Counted from the first letter of the whole stretch, positions 28,627 to 38,710 are shown. The stretch is 63,974 nt of DNA, filler included, from Myxococcota bacterium (GCA_049322255.1; 4 parts of 4 records of this genome joined end to end with filler, not necessarily neighbours in it); one strand, 5' to 3'. Translations and numbers: made by a program. Notes: generated by a model from the sequence alone, not told the origin.

Positions 28627-29047
28627 GGCGCAGCCATCCACTCCGGTCAAGGTGTTGGCCCAAGCGGTCGTCCGGGACAAGCTGCTCGAGCCCTTGAAGG
28701 AGCGTGAAGAACGCAAGAGCCTCTTCACTCGGGCGTACCTACCGCCGCAGCACCGCCGCGTGCGCATTCTTGACGCGCAACTCCTGAGGGACGAGGAGGG
28801 CGGCGCCTTCCTGACCTTCGCCGTCGACGCCCGCCACGGCTCCGCCCTTATGGACGAGGATGAGGCCCCCGAAAAAGAATGGCGCAAAGCCACCATCACC
28901 GGCTGCGTCTACCCCGACACCAAAGAGGTCTTCGTCAAACGCAAAGACAGCTACCGCCCCGCCGCTTTCATGCTCGGGAAGAAGGTCAAAGTCGCCGCCA
29001 AGCACATCTGCCACAGCGAAACCACACAGGTCGCCAGCGCCAAATAG
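28556..29047 (+). CDS. Secreted hypothetical protein
   Basis: GGAGG RBS, signal peptide MKRTLALASLLITPLVSA, two Cys. Confidence 0.75.
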   Translation: MKRTLALASLLITPLVSATPPASEAQPSTPVKVLAQAVVRDKLLEPLKEREERKSLFTRAYLPPQHRRVRILDAQLLRDEEGGAFLTFAVDARHGSALMDEDEAPEKEWRKATITGCVYPDTKEVFVKRKDSYRPAAFMLGKKVKVAAKHICHSETTQVASAK

Positions 29048-31015
29048 TCACGGGCTCGAGGAGCTGGCCGCCTCGGGCGGAGCGACGTCGACCACCACCG
29101 GCTCGCTCTGGGCGCCGAACCAACGCACGCCCTCCCACACCATGCGCCAGTGAAAGGTGTACCGCCCTTGCTGCGGGGGCACGGCCTCGAAGCGAAACTC
29201 AGCGGTCTCTCCCGGCCGGACGTCGCGCTCAAGCTCGACACGCGCGGTGCCGAAGGAGGTGTTGTCCTGCGGCGAAATCGCTCCCAAGCGCATTCCCCTC
29301 GCACGCGCCCAAACTTCGGTACCGACGTTCTTCATCCTCACCACCACGGGCAGCGCCTTCCCCGCCACCATCGTGCTGGGCACCGACTGGGAGACGAACT
29401 CCGCCGCCACCGGGCCCCCTTCTTGAAGCCCCACCCGCACCCAGCACACGCCCGCTGGGTCGAGCCCCCGCTGGCTCACCCAGGACTGGATGGCCGCCCC
29501 CACCCGCATCTCGTCGTACGGCGAATGCAGGTTCGTCAGTCCCAGCTGCCAGCCCGGAGGAGCGCTCCCCGAGTAACCGTTGAGGGTGGGCACCTTTTTC
29601 TCCAGCGAGGCCCACATCGCGTCCACCTGATACTTCCAGTAAGGGCCGTACCCCTGCACCGGGCTGAAGACGAAGGCGCGGCACTCGGAGCCGATGGCCC
29701 GGGCGATGTCGGCGACGTCGCGGCGGTTGGCGTGAAAGTCGTACGAAGGCGTGGTCTGGCCCTGCTCCACCACGGTGAGAAGTCCCAAGCCCATCGCGCC
29801 CAAGGCGAAGGCGCGGCCCTTCTGCGCCAGGTGTTGAAGAAAGAGCGCCACCCCCAACCCGGCGGGGAAGAGCACCAAAAGCGAGATGCGGGCCACCGCG
29901 CGCACCGCCTTGGCCCCGGGGAAATGGTCGAAGAAAAACTTCCATGGAGCAAAGCCGCCGTAGAGGGTGGCGACGAGGACGAGCGCGAGCCCCACCAGCG
30001 CAAAGAGCGCCACCGCCGGCCGGCGCCGCCCCATCACCAGTCCCGCGACGGCAAGCGCGGTGGTGCACAGCCCCATCCCCGGCCGTTGCTCGTGCTCCAT
30101 GGGAATGCCACGAAAGAGGTCGAGCTTGGCCATCCACCCGTACCACCAGCTGTGCTGACCCAGGTGCAGCCAAGTGAGCGGCCGGGGCGTCATCGTCAGC
30201 GCTTCCTCGAAAGAGCGCAGGCCAATCTCCTGCGAGGCCTGGAGGTAGTGGACCATCATCGGAGCGATGGCCGCCGCTCCCAGGACCGCGGCGAGCACGA
30301 GCGAATACGGGTGGGCGCGTACCACTGCAAACAGGCGCGCACGCCAAGTGGGTACGACGAGGGAGAAGAGCGCGGCGAGCGCCAGCGCCAGGGAAAGGAA
30401 CCAGCCCAAGTAAAAGCCGGCGTAGAGCTGAGCGACGGCGGCGAAGCTGAACAGAAAAATCCAGAAGACTGGGCGGCGCTCGTCGTCGGAGGTGGGTTTT
30501 TCCAGCAGTCGGAAGAGCGCGTACGTCACCACCACCGTCCAAAAATGCGGGAAGAGCTGGTAGTGCATCACCATGTTCACCCGCGCCGCGCCGAAGGCGA
30601 ACAGCGCCGCGCCGGCCGAAGCCGCGAGCGCTCCCAGCCGGAAACAGCGGGTGAAGAGCAAATAGGCGGACACGAAGTTGAGCACTCCCAGCGCCAAAAT
30701 CCACGCCTGGAAGGCGCGGTCGGGGGCGAGGAAGAGCCGGAAAGGCACGTACACCGGCAGCGCTCCCAAGAGCACCTCGGAGTACGCGCCCACGTTCTTC
30801 GCCGGGTGGAAGAACGGCGGGCTCCAGAAGTCGAGGTGGCCGCTCTGCCGGGAAAGCCAGCGCCAGCCGTGCTCGAGCAGGTAGCTCACCAGCCGCGCGT
30901 CTCCCAAGTCGGGCTGGGTGCGCGCAAAACCGCTCAAGACCATCGGGTGATGGGCGAGAAGAAGGCCCAAGGTGCAAAAGACGAACGGCCAGAAAAAGGG
31001 GCGGAAACGCTCCAC
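29048..31015 (-). CDS. Polytopic membrane protein (GT-C/YfhO-like) with C-terminal NBR1-type Ig domain
   Basis: More than 10 TM; GD..L..Y.LEH, FFHP.KN..AYSE, PTLNGYSG; AEFVSQSVP..KNVGTEVW..VRPGETAEF. Confidence 0.75.
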   Translation of the reverse strand: MERFRPFFWPFVFCTLGLLLAHHPMVLSGFARTQPDLGDARLVSYLLEHGWRWLSRQSGHLDFWSPPFFHPAKNVGAYSEVLLGALPVYVPFRLFLAPDRAFQAWILALGVLNFVSAYLLFTRCFRLGALAASAGAALFAFGAARVNMVMHYQLFPHFWTVVVTYALFRLLEKPTSDDERRPVFWIFLFSFAAVAQLYAGFYLGWFLSLALALAALFSLVVPTWRARLFAVVRAHPYSLVLAAVLGAAAIAPMMVHYLQASQEIGLRSFEEALTMTPRPLTWLHLGQHSWWYGWMAKLDLFRGIPMEHEQRPGMGLCTTALAVAGLVMGRRRPAVALFALVGLALVLVATLYGGFAPWKFFFDHFPGAKAVRAVARISLLVLFPAGLGVALFLQHLAQKGRAFALGAMGLGLLTVVEQGQTTPSYDFHANRRDVADIARAIGSECRAFVFSPVQGYGPYWKYQVDAMWASLEKKVPTLNGYSGSAPPGWQLGLTNLHSPYDEMRVGAAIQSWVSQRGLDPAGVCWVRVGLQEGGPVAAEFVSQSVPSTMVAGKALPVVVRMKNVGTEVWARARGMRLGAISPQDNTSFGTARVELERDVRPGETAEFRFEAVPPQQGRYTFHWRMVWEGVRWFGAQSEPVVVDVAPPEAASSSSP

Positions 31016-31092
31016 GAGGCGGCGTACCTTATCAGCGGCGGTGAGTCTGCACCCCTTGCTCCCGCGACGCGGCCCCTGTACATCCGCGCGCG

Positions 31093-31872
31093 ATGGTTCA
31101 AAACCTGCGCGAGCTCTACCGGTACCGCGCGCTCCTTTGGAGCCTCACTTTGCGCGAGCTGAAAGCGCGCTACCGAGCGTCGATCCTCGGGTTCTTGTGG
31201 ACCTTCCTCAATCCGACGCTCTTGATGCTGGTGTACGCACTGGTGTTCAGCGTGTACATGCGGCAGCAGATTCCCCGCTACACGTACTTCATGTTCGTCG
31301 GCCTGCTTCCGTGGATTTTTTTCGCCAGCTCCGTGACCGGCGGCACCTCGGCAATCAGCGACCGGAGAGACCTGTTGACCAAGGTGCGCTTTCCCGCCCA
31401 GGTTCTCCCAGCCACGGTCATCAGCACCAACTTGTGCAACTACCTTCTGTCGCTGCCACTGATGGTGCTCTTGGGCGTGCTGTACGGAGATTGGCCGTCA
31501 TGGCACGCGGTGTTCTTTCCTGCGGTGACGGCGATTCAAACCCTCTTCGTGCTGGCGCTGGTATTCGCGCTTTCGGCGATCAATGTGCGGTTCCGCGACC
31601 TGCAGCACGTCATCGGCAACTTGGTAACGTTGTGGTTCTTCCTCACCCCGGTGCTTTACAGCGCCAGGGTCATCCCTGAGCGGTACCGCGAGCTATTGGT
31701 AAACGCGAATCCAATGGCGGTCATCATCACCTCCTACCAGGCAATCTTCTACGACCACCAGCTGCCACCTGCACTGCCACTGGCCAGCGTGGCCGTGCTG
31801 TCGACAGGGGTGCTCTGGGTGGCCACCCGCATTTTCGAGGCCCGTCGAGAGGAATTCGCCGAGCTCATCTAA
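31093..31872 (+). CDS. wzm: Polysaccharide ABC transporter permease
   Basis: LKARYRASILGFLW.FLNP, GLLPWIFF, RFRDLQH, FFLTPVLY, NPM. Confidence 0.95.
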   Translation: MVQNLRELYRYRALLWSLTLRELKARYRASILGFLWTFLNPTLLMLVYALVFSVYMRQQIPRYTYFMFVGLLPWIFFASSVTGGTSAISDRRDLLTKVRFPAQVLPATVISTNLCNYLLSLPLMVLLGVLYGDWPSWHAVFFPAVTAIQTLFVLALVFALSAINVRFRDLQHVIGNLVTLWFFLTPVLYSARVIPERYRELLVNANPMAVIITSYQAIFYDHQLPPALPLASVAVLSTGVLWVATRIFEARREEFAELI

Positions 31873-31885
31873 AGCCACACCGGCC

Positions 31886-33196
31886 ATGGTCGCGATCGAC
31901 ATCAAGAACCTCACCAAGAGCTTCCGCAAATCCACCGTCGCGTCATCGCATACGACGTTCAAGAGTGAGCTGATGCGGTGGGTGCGAGGACAACGGCGTC
32001 CCAAACCGGCTGCGACTCAGGTGTTGAAGGGAATCGACCTCACCATTCCGCGGGGATGTACCTACGGAATCATCGGCCGCAACGGGTCGGGCAAGAGCAC
32101 GCTGCTCAAGCTCATCACCGGCATCTATTCACCGACCACCGGCAGTCTGAACGTACACGGGCGCGTCTCGGCGCTGCTCGAGCTGGGGGCTGGCTTTCAC
32201 CCCGACTTCTCCGGGCGCGAGAACATCCTCATCAACGGCATCATCCTCGGCATGTCCCACGCCGAGGTGAAGGGCCGCATGCAGGCGATCATCGACTTCG
32301 CCGAGCTGGGAGACTTCATCGACGAGCCGGTGCGGACGTACTCGAGCGGAATGTTCATGCGGCTGGCCTTTGCAGTGGCCACCCACGTTGACCCCGACAT
32401 CCTCATCGTCGACGAAATCTTAGCAGTCGGTGACGAGCACTTCGCGCGCAAGAGCATGGCGAAGATGAATGAGTTCAAAGACTCGGGGAAAACCATCGTG
32501 CTGGTGACCCACGACCTCGCCACTGTCCAGCGCTGGTGCGACGCTGCAGTGTGGCTGGAGGCGGGAAGAATCGCCGCGCAGGGCGCTCCGGCCGATGTCA
32601 TCGACCGCTATCGTCGAACCGTCGCCGAAGAGGAAATGGCTGCCCGAGCTTCCGGGGCTGCCCCTGCGGCCGTCTCCACCCCCGACGAGAAACGACCGCC
32701 CACTCCCGATGCGGCGCCGGACCGCTGGGGCACCTTCGATCTCGAGCTCTCCGCGGTACGCCTGCTCGACCGTGAGGGTGCAGCCAAGACCGTCTTTGAC
32801 ACCGAGGACGCGCTCTCGGTGGAGTTGGACTTCTTCTGCCGCCGACCGGTGACGCAGGTCGTCTTCGGCATCGCCATGTTCGATGGCAACGGGAGCCGGG
32901 TGTACGGGACCAACACGTTGGTCGAGCGGGTGCCGCTGCCTACGCCTTTGCCCGCACGAGGAACCCTTCGGCTCGAGCTTTTGCGCCTGGGTTTCCTCGA
33001 CGGTAACTACTCGCTCGACGTCGCTGCCCACTCTCCCACGGGCGAGAACTACGACTACCACCGCGGCCGGTACCGCTTGGCGGTACGTTCGTCGGTCGGC
33101 GACATCGGAACCGCGCGACCCTTGCACCGCTGGTCGCTCGATACTGAAAACGGGGAGGTTGCCCGTGCGTTGACCGATTCGAGCAAAGCCGGGTAG
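31886..33196 (+). CDS. wzt: Polysaccharide ABC transporter ATPase with Wzt C-terminal domain
   Basis: GRNGSGKST, YSSGM..RLAFA, DEILAVGD; C-terminal RWG..VYGTNT Ig-like carbohydrate-binding domain. Confidence 0.95.
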   Translation: MVAIDIKNLTKSFRKSTVASSHTTFKSELMRWVRGQRRPKPAATQVLKGIDLTIPRGCTYGIIGRNGSGKSTLLKLITGIYSPTTGSLNVHGRVSALLELGAGFHPDFSGRENILINGIILGMSHAEVKGRMQAIIDFAELGDFIDEPVRTYSSGMFMRLAFAVATHVDPDILIVDEILAVGDEHFARKSMAKMNEFKDSGKTIVLVTHDLATVQRWCDAAVWLEAGRIAAQGAPADVIDRYRRTVAEEEMAARASGAAPAAVSTPDEKRPPTPDAAPDRWGTFDLELSAVRLLDREGAAKTVFDTEDALSVELDFFCRRPVTQVVFGIAMFDGNGSRVYGTNTLVERVPLPTPLPARGTLRLELLRLGFLDGNYSLDVAAHSPTGENYDYHRGRYRLAVRSSVGDIGTARPLHRWSLDTENGEVARALTDSSKAG

Positions 33197-33197
33197 C

Positions 33198-33992
33198 TTG
33201 CGCGCCCTTTTCGAGCCCCGCCGGGGGGCCAAACCGGAGGCACAGATGTTCGAGGGTGAGCTGATAAGGCGCCCGCTGCGGCGGCTGAAGCGAGAGATAC
33301 GCTCGCTTCTTCTCGAAGGCACAGAGCCGACGAATGGCACGCCGGCGCTGAAGGTAGACCCGCTCAGCCGCATCGGCGCGGTGTGGAGCGGCTCGGGCCA
33401 AGACAACATGTTGCTCATCGCCGGTTTGGCGCGCGCCACACGCGCCAAACGTTATCTGGAAATCGGCGCCTACCGCGGCTTTACCGCCGGCTTCGTGCGC
33501 TGGGCATGCCCGGACATCGAGATCCACGCCATTGACAATTGGCAGCGCGCCAATACCAGCGCGCAACTGCTCGTCGAGGGCGTCGCTGGAATCTCGGGAA
33601 CTTCGCAGAACATCTTCACCCATGAGGGAGACTCGACCTCGCAACTGGACAAGCTCATCGGGCTGGGCCTCTCCTTCGACCTCATCTACGTCGACGGCTG
33701 TCACAGCTACGAGTACGCCAAGAGCGACTATGAGAAGGCACTCCAGCTGCTCGCCCCGACCGGCACCATCGTCATTGACGACACGGTGACCTGGTGGGGC
33801 CCTCGCGAGCTCTCCGAGGAGCTGCAAGAAGGCAAGCTACCCGCGGGGTTCCACCTCCTCGAAATTCAGACCACCAACGGGTTGCTCGTCTTGCGCAAGC
33901 AGCCTCCGGTGAAGCCTCCGCTGCAGCTCACTCGAGAGAACTGCCCGGACGGCGTGTGGCACGACGACCCCGCCAAGCGACTCACTGCCTAA
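33198..33992 (+). CDS. Class I SAM-dependent methyltransferase (Methyltransf_24-like); start may be 33246
   Basis: YLEIGAYRG, EGDS, FDLIYVDGCHSYE, GTIVIDD. Confidence 0.88.
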   Translation: MRALFEPRRGAKPEAQMFEGELIRRPLRRLKREIRSLLLEGTEPTNGTPALKVDPLSRIGAVWSGSGQDNMLLIAGLARATRAKRYLEIGAYRGFTAGFVRWACPDIEIHAIDNWQRANTSAQLLVEGVAGISGTSQNIFTHEGDSTSQLDKLIGLGLSFDLIYVDGCHSYEYAKSDYEKALQLLAPTGTIVIDDTVTWWGPRELSEELQEGKLPAGFHLLEIQTTNGLLVLRKQPPVKPPLQLTRENCPDGVWHDDPAKRLTA

Positions 33993-33995
33993 GAC

Positions 33996-36299
33996 ATGTA
34001 CCAGCCCAAGCCCATCGTCCTTCTCGTTTCGGGGGAGTACCCTCCCTACACGAACTGGGGCGGAAACGCGTACCAACTCGCCAACGTGGCCCGCCTGCTC
34101 AACCGCGAAGGTTACGAGGTCGAAGTCATCGCCGAGTCCGACAACGGTGAGGAGTTCACCCACCTCGACGAGATGGGGAACTTGGTTCACCGGATAAATG
34201 GAGCCCGGTCGTACCTTCACAAAACCGCCCAGACCCTCTCGGCGCGCCTGGGCAGCTGGCTTGGTTTTCGCGATCTCGCCTTCGCGTTACGCGTGGCCGA
34301 GCGCGCATGGGAGCTGGTCCACCTCTGGAACCGAAAAATCCTCTGGGTGGAGACCACCAACTGGCGCGCCGAGACGCTCTTCTTCCATCTGCTCCCGCAG
34401 CTCAACGCGCGCACCATCGTTCGCACCGTAACGCCGATGGAAGAGGTGGTGCGGCAAAACCAGATCGACCGGAGCGACCTCGCCACGCAGATGGCCCTGT
34501 TGCAGGAAACAGCGCAGCAACTACTGCTCAAGCGTCGCCTGTACTCCAACCACGACTATCGCGACTATTTCGAGTCACGGGTACGCACGTCTCTTTTCGG
34601 CAAGCAGCGTGCGGACGAGAAGGTGTTTCTTCTCCCCTTCGACTTCGATCGAGTTCCCAGCCAGACCCGCAGAACCTTGCGCAAACCGGACGGCGCGTTG
34701 CGACTGCTGATGGTCGGCCGCGTGGAACCGCGCAAGGGCTTCGACATGCTCTGCTCAGCTCTTTCCGGGCTGTCATTGGAGCAGCGGCGGACTGTGCGGG
34801 TGGTGGCAGCTGGGCGCGACGTCGACTACGGGCCGTTCAACAGCTACAAGCGCCTCCTGTTGGAGAAATACCCCAGCGTCGCCTCCGAGCAGATCGAGTT
34901 CCTCGGGGCAGTGCCGGAGAATGACTTTCCCCACCTGTTCGAAACCGTGGACATCGGGCTGGTGGCTTCGACCTCCGAATCATTCGGGTACAACCTCGTT
35001 GAGCTCATCGCCTCGGACTTGCCGGTCATCACCTCTGAGGTCGGAGCGGCCAGCGAATTCGAACGACGCGGCATCCGGTACTTGGGGAAGTTCCAAACGA
35101 CCGAGCAGCTACGTCGTCTTTTCGGCGAGCTGCCGCGACGGTACGAGCAATACGCAAACGAACGCCCTAAAAACCGCGAGCGACTGGCTGAAATCTACGC
35201 TCAGAACGACCGCAGTTATCTCGCCTGGGCGCGCGCAAGCTCTGAGCCTGCCGCGCCTGTGACGATCACCCGAACGCCGGTCGTTCGCAAGACAGCCACG
35301 GCTGTCAAATCCGTCGACTTGGTCGTCTGCTCGTACAACCGCTTCGAGGAGCTCACCCTGTCGCTGCCGTCGCTCTTGCGGGAGGCCGAACATGCCCGCG
35401 CATCAGGCATCGACTGCGCGGTCACCATCGTCTTCCAGAACGAGGGTTTGCCGGAGCGCATCTACACCCAAAACCCCGAGCTCACGACCGGTGCGCACCT
35501 TCGATTCGTGCCCTCTTCGCCACCCAGTCTGACGCGCGCGCGGAACACCGGGGTGCGGAACACCAACGGGGACTTGGTCATCTTCGTCGATGACGACGTG
35601 GTGCTGGAGCCTGGTTTCGTGGCGGCGCACGTCGAAGCGGCCACTGCCACCCCGAGCGCGATCGGTGTGGTGGGCCGTATTCGCTCGCGCATCGACCTGA
35701 AGCGGACCTCCAAGCACCGAGCTGTGGGCCAGTTCCGCCCGACGGGCTTCATCGACACCAACTTCGACTCGGTAGAGTCCACGAGCCGCTTGGTCCCCCA
35801 TACTCCGATGGGCGCCAACATGGCGTACCGCCGAGCGCCGATGGTAGCCCTTTTCGGCGAGAGCTGGTTCGACGAGCGCTTCACCGGCTCGGCCTTCCGC
35901 GAAGAATCGACCCTGGCAGTGCAGATCTTCCGCCACGGGCACCACTTCGTCTATGCGCCCAACGCGCTGCTCTACCACTACGAATCGGTCGTCGGTGGTT
36001 GTGGAAACCGAGGCACGAAGACCTTAAAGCAGCTCATCACGCACTACTCGCTCGATTACCTGTTCTTGAACCGCCTCTACGAGCCGATGACTCTCACCCG
36101 CTTGTTCGGGCCGCTGCTGCTTGCGCTGCGTGACCTACCCACCGCGCCCAACTGGAAGACGCTGCTCAAGAAGACGTACGTCCACTCCCGCGCATATTGG
36201 GCCGCACGGCGACTGCACGCCGCTGCACCGAAGCTCCACTTGGTCCAGGAACCGTCTTCCTCCCCGAGAGAAAATTTGGGAGCAAGGGCGACTGCGTAA
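33996..36299 (+). CDS. GT4 + GT2 fusion glycosyltransferase
   Basis: EYPP..GG, VGRVEPRKG, ESFGYNLVE; then SYNR, ARNTG, FVDDD, GANMAYRR, FREES. Confidence 0.9.
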   Translation: MYQPKPIVLLVSGEYPPYTNWGGNAYQLANVARLLNREGYEVEVIAESDNGEEFTHLDEMGNLVHRINGARSYLHKTAQTLSARLGSWLGFRDLAFALRVAERAWELVHLWNRKILWVETTNWRAETLFFHLLPQLNARTIVRTVTPMEEVVRQNQIDRSDLATQMALLQETAQQLLLKRRLYSNHDYRDYFESRVRTSLFGKQRADEKVFLLPFDFDRVPSQTRRTLRKPDGALRLLMVGRVEPRKGFDMLCSALSGLSLEQRRTVRVVAAGRDVDYGPFNSYKRLLLEKYPSVASEQIEFLGAVPENDFPHLFETVDIGLVASTSESFGYNLVELIASDLPVITSEVGAASEFERRGIRYLGKFQTTEQLRRLFGELPRRYEQYANERPKNRERLAEIYAQNDRSYLAWARASSEPAAPVTITRTPVVRKTATAVKSVDLVVCSYNRFEELTLSLPSLLREAEHARASGIDCAVTIVFQNEGLPERIYTQNPELTTGAHLRFVPSSPPSLTRARNTGVRNTNGDLVIFVDDDVVLEPGFVAAHVEAATATPSAIGVVGRIRSRIDLKRTSKHRAVGQFRPTGFIDTNFDSVESTSRLVPHTPMGANMAYRRAPMVALFGESWFDERFTGSAFREESTLAVQIFRHGHHFVYAPNALLYHYESVVGGCGNRGTKTLKQLITHYSLDYLFLNRLYEPMTLTRLFGPLLLALRDLPTAPNWKTLLKKTYVHSRAYWAARRLHAAAPKLHLVQEPSSSPRENLGARATA

Positions 36300-36310
36300 G
36301 AACCGACGCC

Positions 36311-37216
36311 ATGTCTGATTCTGCGCGGCAACATACCCTCGACACACTGGAGCGCGCCGCGCCGCTGGAGGTCCCTACTCAAACCCGACTGCGATTGGCC
36401 AAGGCGGTGCTCCGAAGGGCCATGCGGGGTTTTCTGGGCGTGCAGGCGGACATCAACCGAGCTGTGGTGTCCGCTTTGCGCTCACTCGATGATGACGTAC
36501 GGAGGCTGGAGATCGAGCGCGTCACCCGTGCTGACCTTGACGGCGTAAAAGGTGAGTTGGCTGCAACGAAGGCCGCGCTGACCGAGCGGATCGAATGGCT
36601 CACGAAGTGGACCGAGAGCTTTCGCAAGGAACTTTTCTTCGAGTTGCGCCACCGGCTGGAGGAACACGATCGGCTCACCCAGCCCGAGATCCTCGACCGC
36701 TCGGCCTACCACGCCAAGGTGAAGCAGATGCCCAGTGGCCTGCTGGTGAACCTAGGCTCAGGCGATAAAGGGCGGGAAAACCACCTGAATGTCGATCAGC
36801 GAGCGATCGACGGCATCGATATTCGCGCCGACGTTCGACACCTGCCCTTCGAGAAGCAACAGGTCGCCGAGCTTTACTGCGCTCACCTGATCGAGCACTT
36901 CACCGATGCGGAGCTACGTTCGCGCATTCTCCCCTACTGGCTCGACCTGCTGCGACCCGGAGGCAAGCTGGTCATCGTCTGCCCCGACGCCGAGGCGATG
37001 ATGAAGGGCTGGGTCGCGGGCGAGTTCCCCTACGAAGGTCTGAGGGAGGTCACCTTCGGGGGGCAGGAATACGAGGGCAACACGCACTACACGATGTTCA
37101 CCCCTTCCTCTCTGGAGCAACTCTTGCGCGAGGTGGGGTTCACCGAGGTTCACCGCCGGGCAGTCGGTCGCGTCAACGGAAAGTGCTTGGAGCTGGAGCT
37201 CGAAGCCATCCGATGA
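36311..37216 (+). CDS. Coiled coil + methyltransferase-like domain protein
   Basis: N-terminal amphipathic/coiled coil; VNLGSG, ADVRHLPF, HLIEH, LRPGGKLVIVCPD. Confidence 0.8.
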   Translation: MSDSARQHTLDTLERAAPLEVPTQTRLRLAKAVLRRAMRGFLGVQADINRAVVSALRSLDDDVRRLEIERVTRADLDGVKGELAATKAALTERIEWLTKWTESFRKELFFELRHRLEEHDRLTQPEILDRSAYHAKVKQMPSGLLVNLGSGDKGRENHLNVDQRAIDGIDIRADVRHLPFEKQQVAELYCAHLIEHFTDAELRSRILPYWLDLLRPGGKLVIVCPDAEAMMKGWVAGEFPYEGLREVTFGGQEYEGNTHYTMFTPSSLEQLLREVGFTEVHRRAVGRVNGKCLELELEAIR

Positions 37217-38601
37217 AGCGGTTCTTCATCGAGCCAGCCAGCTTCGCCCGAGCGTGGTCGATCGCCTCGCTGGCCTTCGGCCTGGGCTGCCTCCCTTGGT
37301 ATCTGGCGGAGTTTCCCGGTCTCATCACCCTCGATACGGTCGACCAGATGTGGCAGGCCGATCGGATGAAGCCGATCGATGACCTCCACTCGGTGACAAT
37401 CACCCTCGCCTTGCGGGCAGTTCGTCCGTTCGCTGGGGTCCTTGTCTTCGCGCAGTACCTGTCGTTCTCGGTGGTCTTCGCCGGGCTCCTCGCGCTGGCG
37501 GCGAGGGGTTTTGCTCGGCCCGCGAAGACTGCTCTTTGGCCCACGACAGCCGCAGCGTTGGTTTGCGGTCTCTTACCTTCGCTGGGAGCGCAGCTTTTCA
37601 CCATCATAAAAGACGTTCCGTATGCCATTTGTTTCCTCGGCTTCGCCGCCGCCTGGGCTCTGGTTCTCCGCTCGAAGCGGTACACCCCGCGCGCAGGACT
37701 TGTGCTGGGTTCGCTTTCTGGCCTGCCGTGGTTGTTCAGGCACGACGGGGTTTTGGTGGTCATATTTGCCAGCGTCATCGCCCTGCTCGTCGTTGTTCGC
37801 ACTCCGGCTCCCTGGAAGGGCTGGCTGGGAGGATTTGCCGCTGGGCTCCTCCTCGCGGTAACGCTCCATGCGGCGGCCTCGCGCCTGGCTGGCAGCGTCC
37901 CCGGGCCGACTCGTTGGACCTGGGCCGTGGCCTTCGTTCACGACATCGCCGCCGTCGCGACGTGGGGCGACCTCGACGACGTCGACCACGCCTTCATCGC
38001 TCAGTGGGGTGACCACAAAGACCTGGCGGCTAACTACGACCCTGCAAAAGGCGACGTCTATTTTCTTGGCGTTCCCAAGGTGAAGCTCGACTGGTTCACA
38101 CAGAATCACGCTCCCTTCGCGGCGGGGTACGTACGAATCGTGAAAAAGAATCTGGCTTTGGTCGCGCGAAAGCGAGTGGCGCGCTCGCTGCACCACTTCG
38201 GCCTCCGCGACCAGAACCTCTTCGCTGACCCGCGCGCGAATCCTGAGAACACTTTCGGATTTCGAGTGACACCGATCGTCTTCTCCAACACTGCCTTCCA
38301 AGTGCTCGCGACAACGAGCAGCGTGAAACCACTGCGGCTCCTGGTGTGGGCCTCGGCTCTGCCGCTGGTGGGCCTGCTCGCCTTGACGATGATGGCGGTC
38401 CGTCGCAGGAACTGGGCGCTCGTCGTTTGGTGCGCGCTACCAGTCCTCAACGCTTTGGCGTTCAGCTTCGTCGCCCCTGCAGCGTACTTCCGGTACAACT
38501 ATTACGTCCTGCCGTTTTTGTTCGTCGGTTTCTTCGCCTGGTGGGCCGACCGCACCGCTGCTCGAGAAGCACTTTGGGCAAAACCCTCGGTCGACACGTG
38601 A
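37213..38601 (+). CDS. Polytopic membrane protein (GT-C/DUF6020-like)
   Basis: FPG..T.D..DQ, DDLH, IIKDVPY, FRHDG, FRY; many TM segments. Confidence 0.7.
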   Translation: MKRFFIEPASFARAWSIASLAFGLGCLPWYLAEFPGLITLDTVDQMWQADRMKPIDDLHSVTITLALRAVRPFAGVLVFAQYLSFSVVFAGLLALAARGFARPAKTALWPTTAAALVCGLLPSLGAQLFTIIKDVPYAICFLGFAAAWALVLRSKRYTPRAGLVLGSLSGLPWLFRHDGVLVVIFASVIALLVVVRTPAPWKGWLGGFAAGLLLAVTLHAAASRLAGSVPGPTRWTWAVAFVHDIAAVATWGDLDDVDHAFIAQWGDHKDLAANYDPAKGDVYFLGVPKVKLDWFTQNHAPFAAGYVRIVKKNLALVARKRVARSLHHFGLRDQNLFADPRANPENTFGFRVTPIVFSNTAFQVLATTSSVKPLRLLVWASALPLVGLLALTMMAVRRRNWALVVWCALPVLNALAFSFVAPAAYFRYNYYVLPFLFVGFFAWWADRTAAREALWAKPSVDT

Positions 38602-38710
38602 AAACCGGCCAATGATCGACAGCCCAAAACCGGCCAACGAGAAATGCCGGGACCGGGTGTAACTACCTCGCCGCCTCCTGCTGGCGCAAATCGGCGTGCT
38701 CCTTCATCCG
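38591..38710 (-). mobile_element. Right end of IS21-family element with istB C-terminus
   Basis: Two 22-bp repeats TCGACA....AAAACCGGCCAA (38591, 38616); minus-strand RMKEHADLRQQEAAR* resembles the IstB tail after SYR. Confidence 0.6.
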
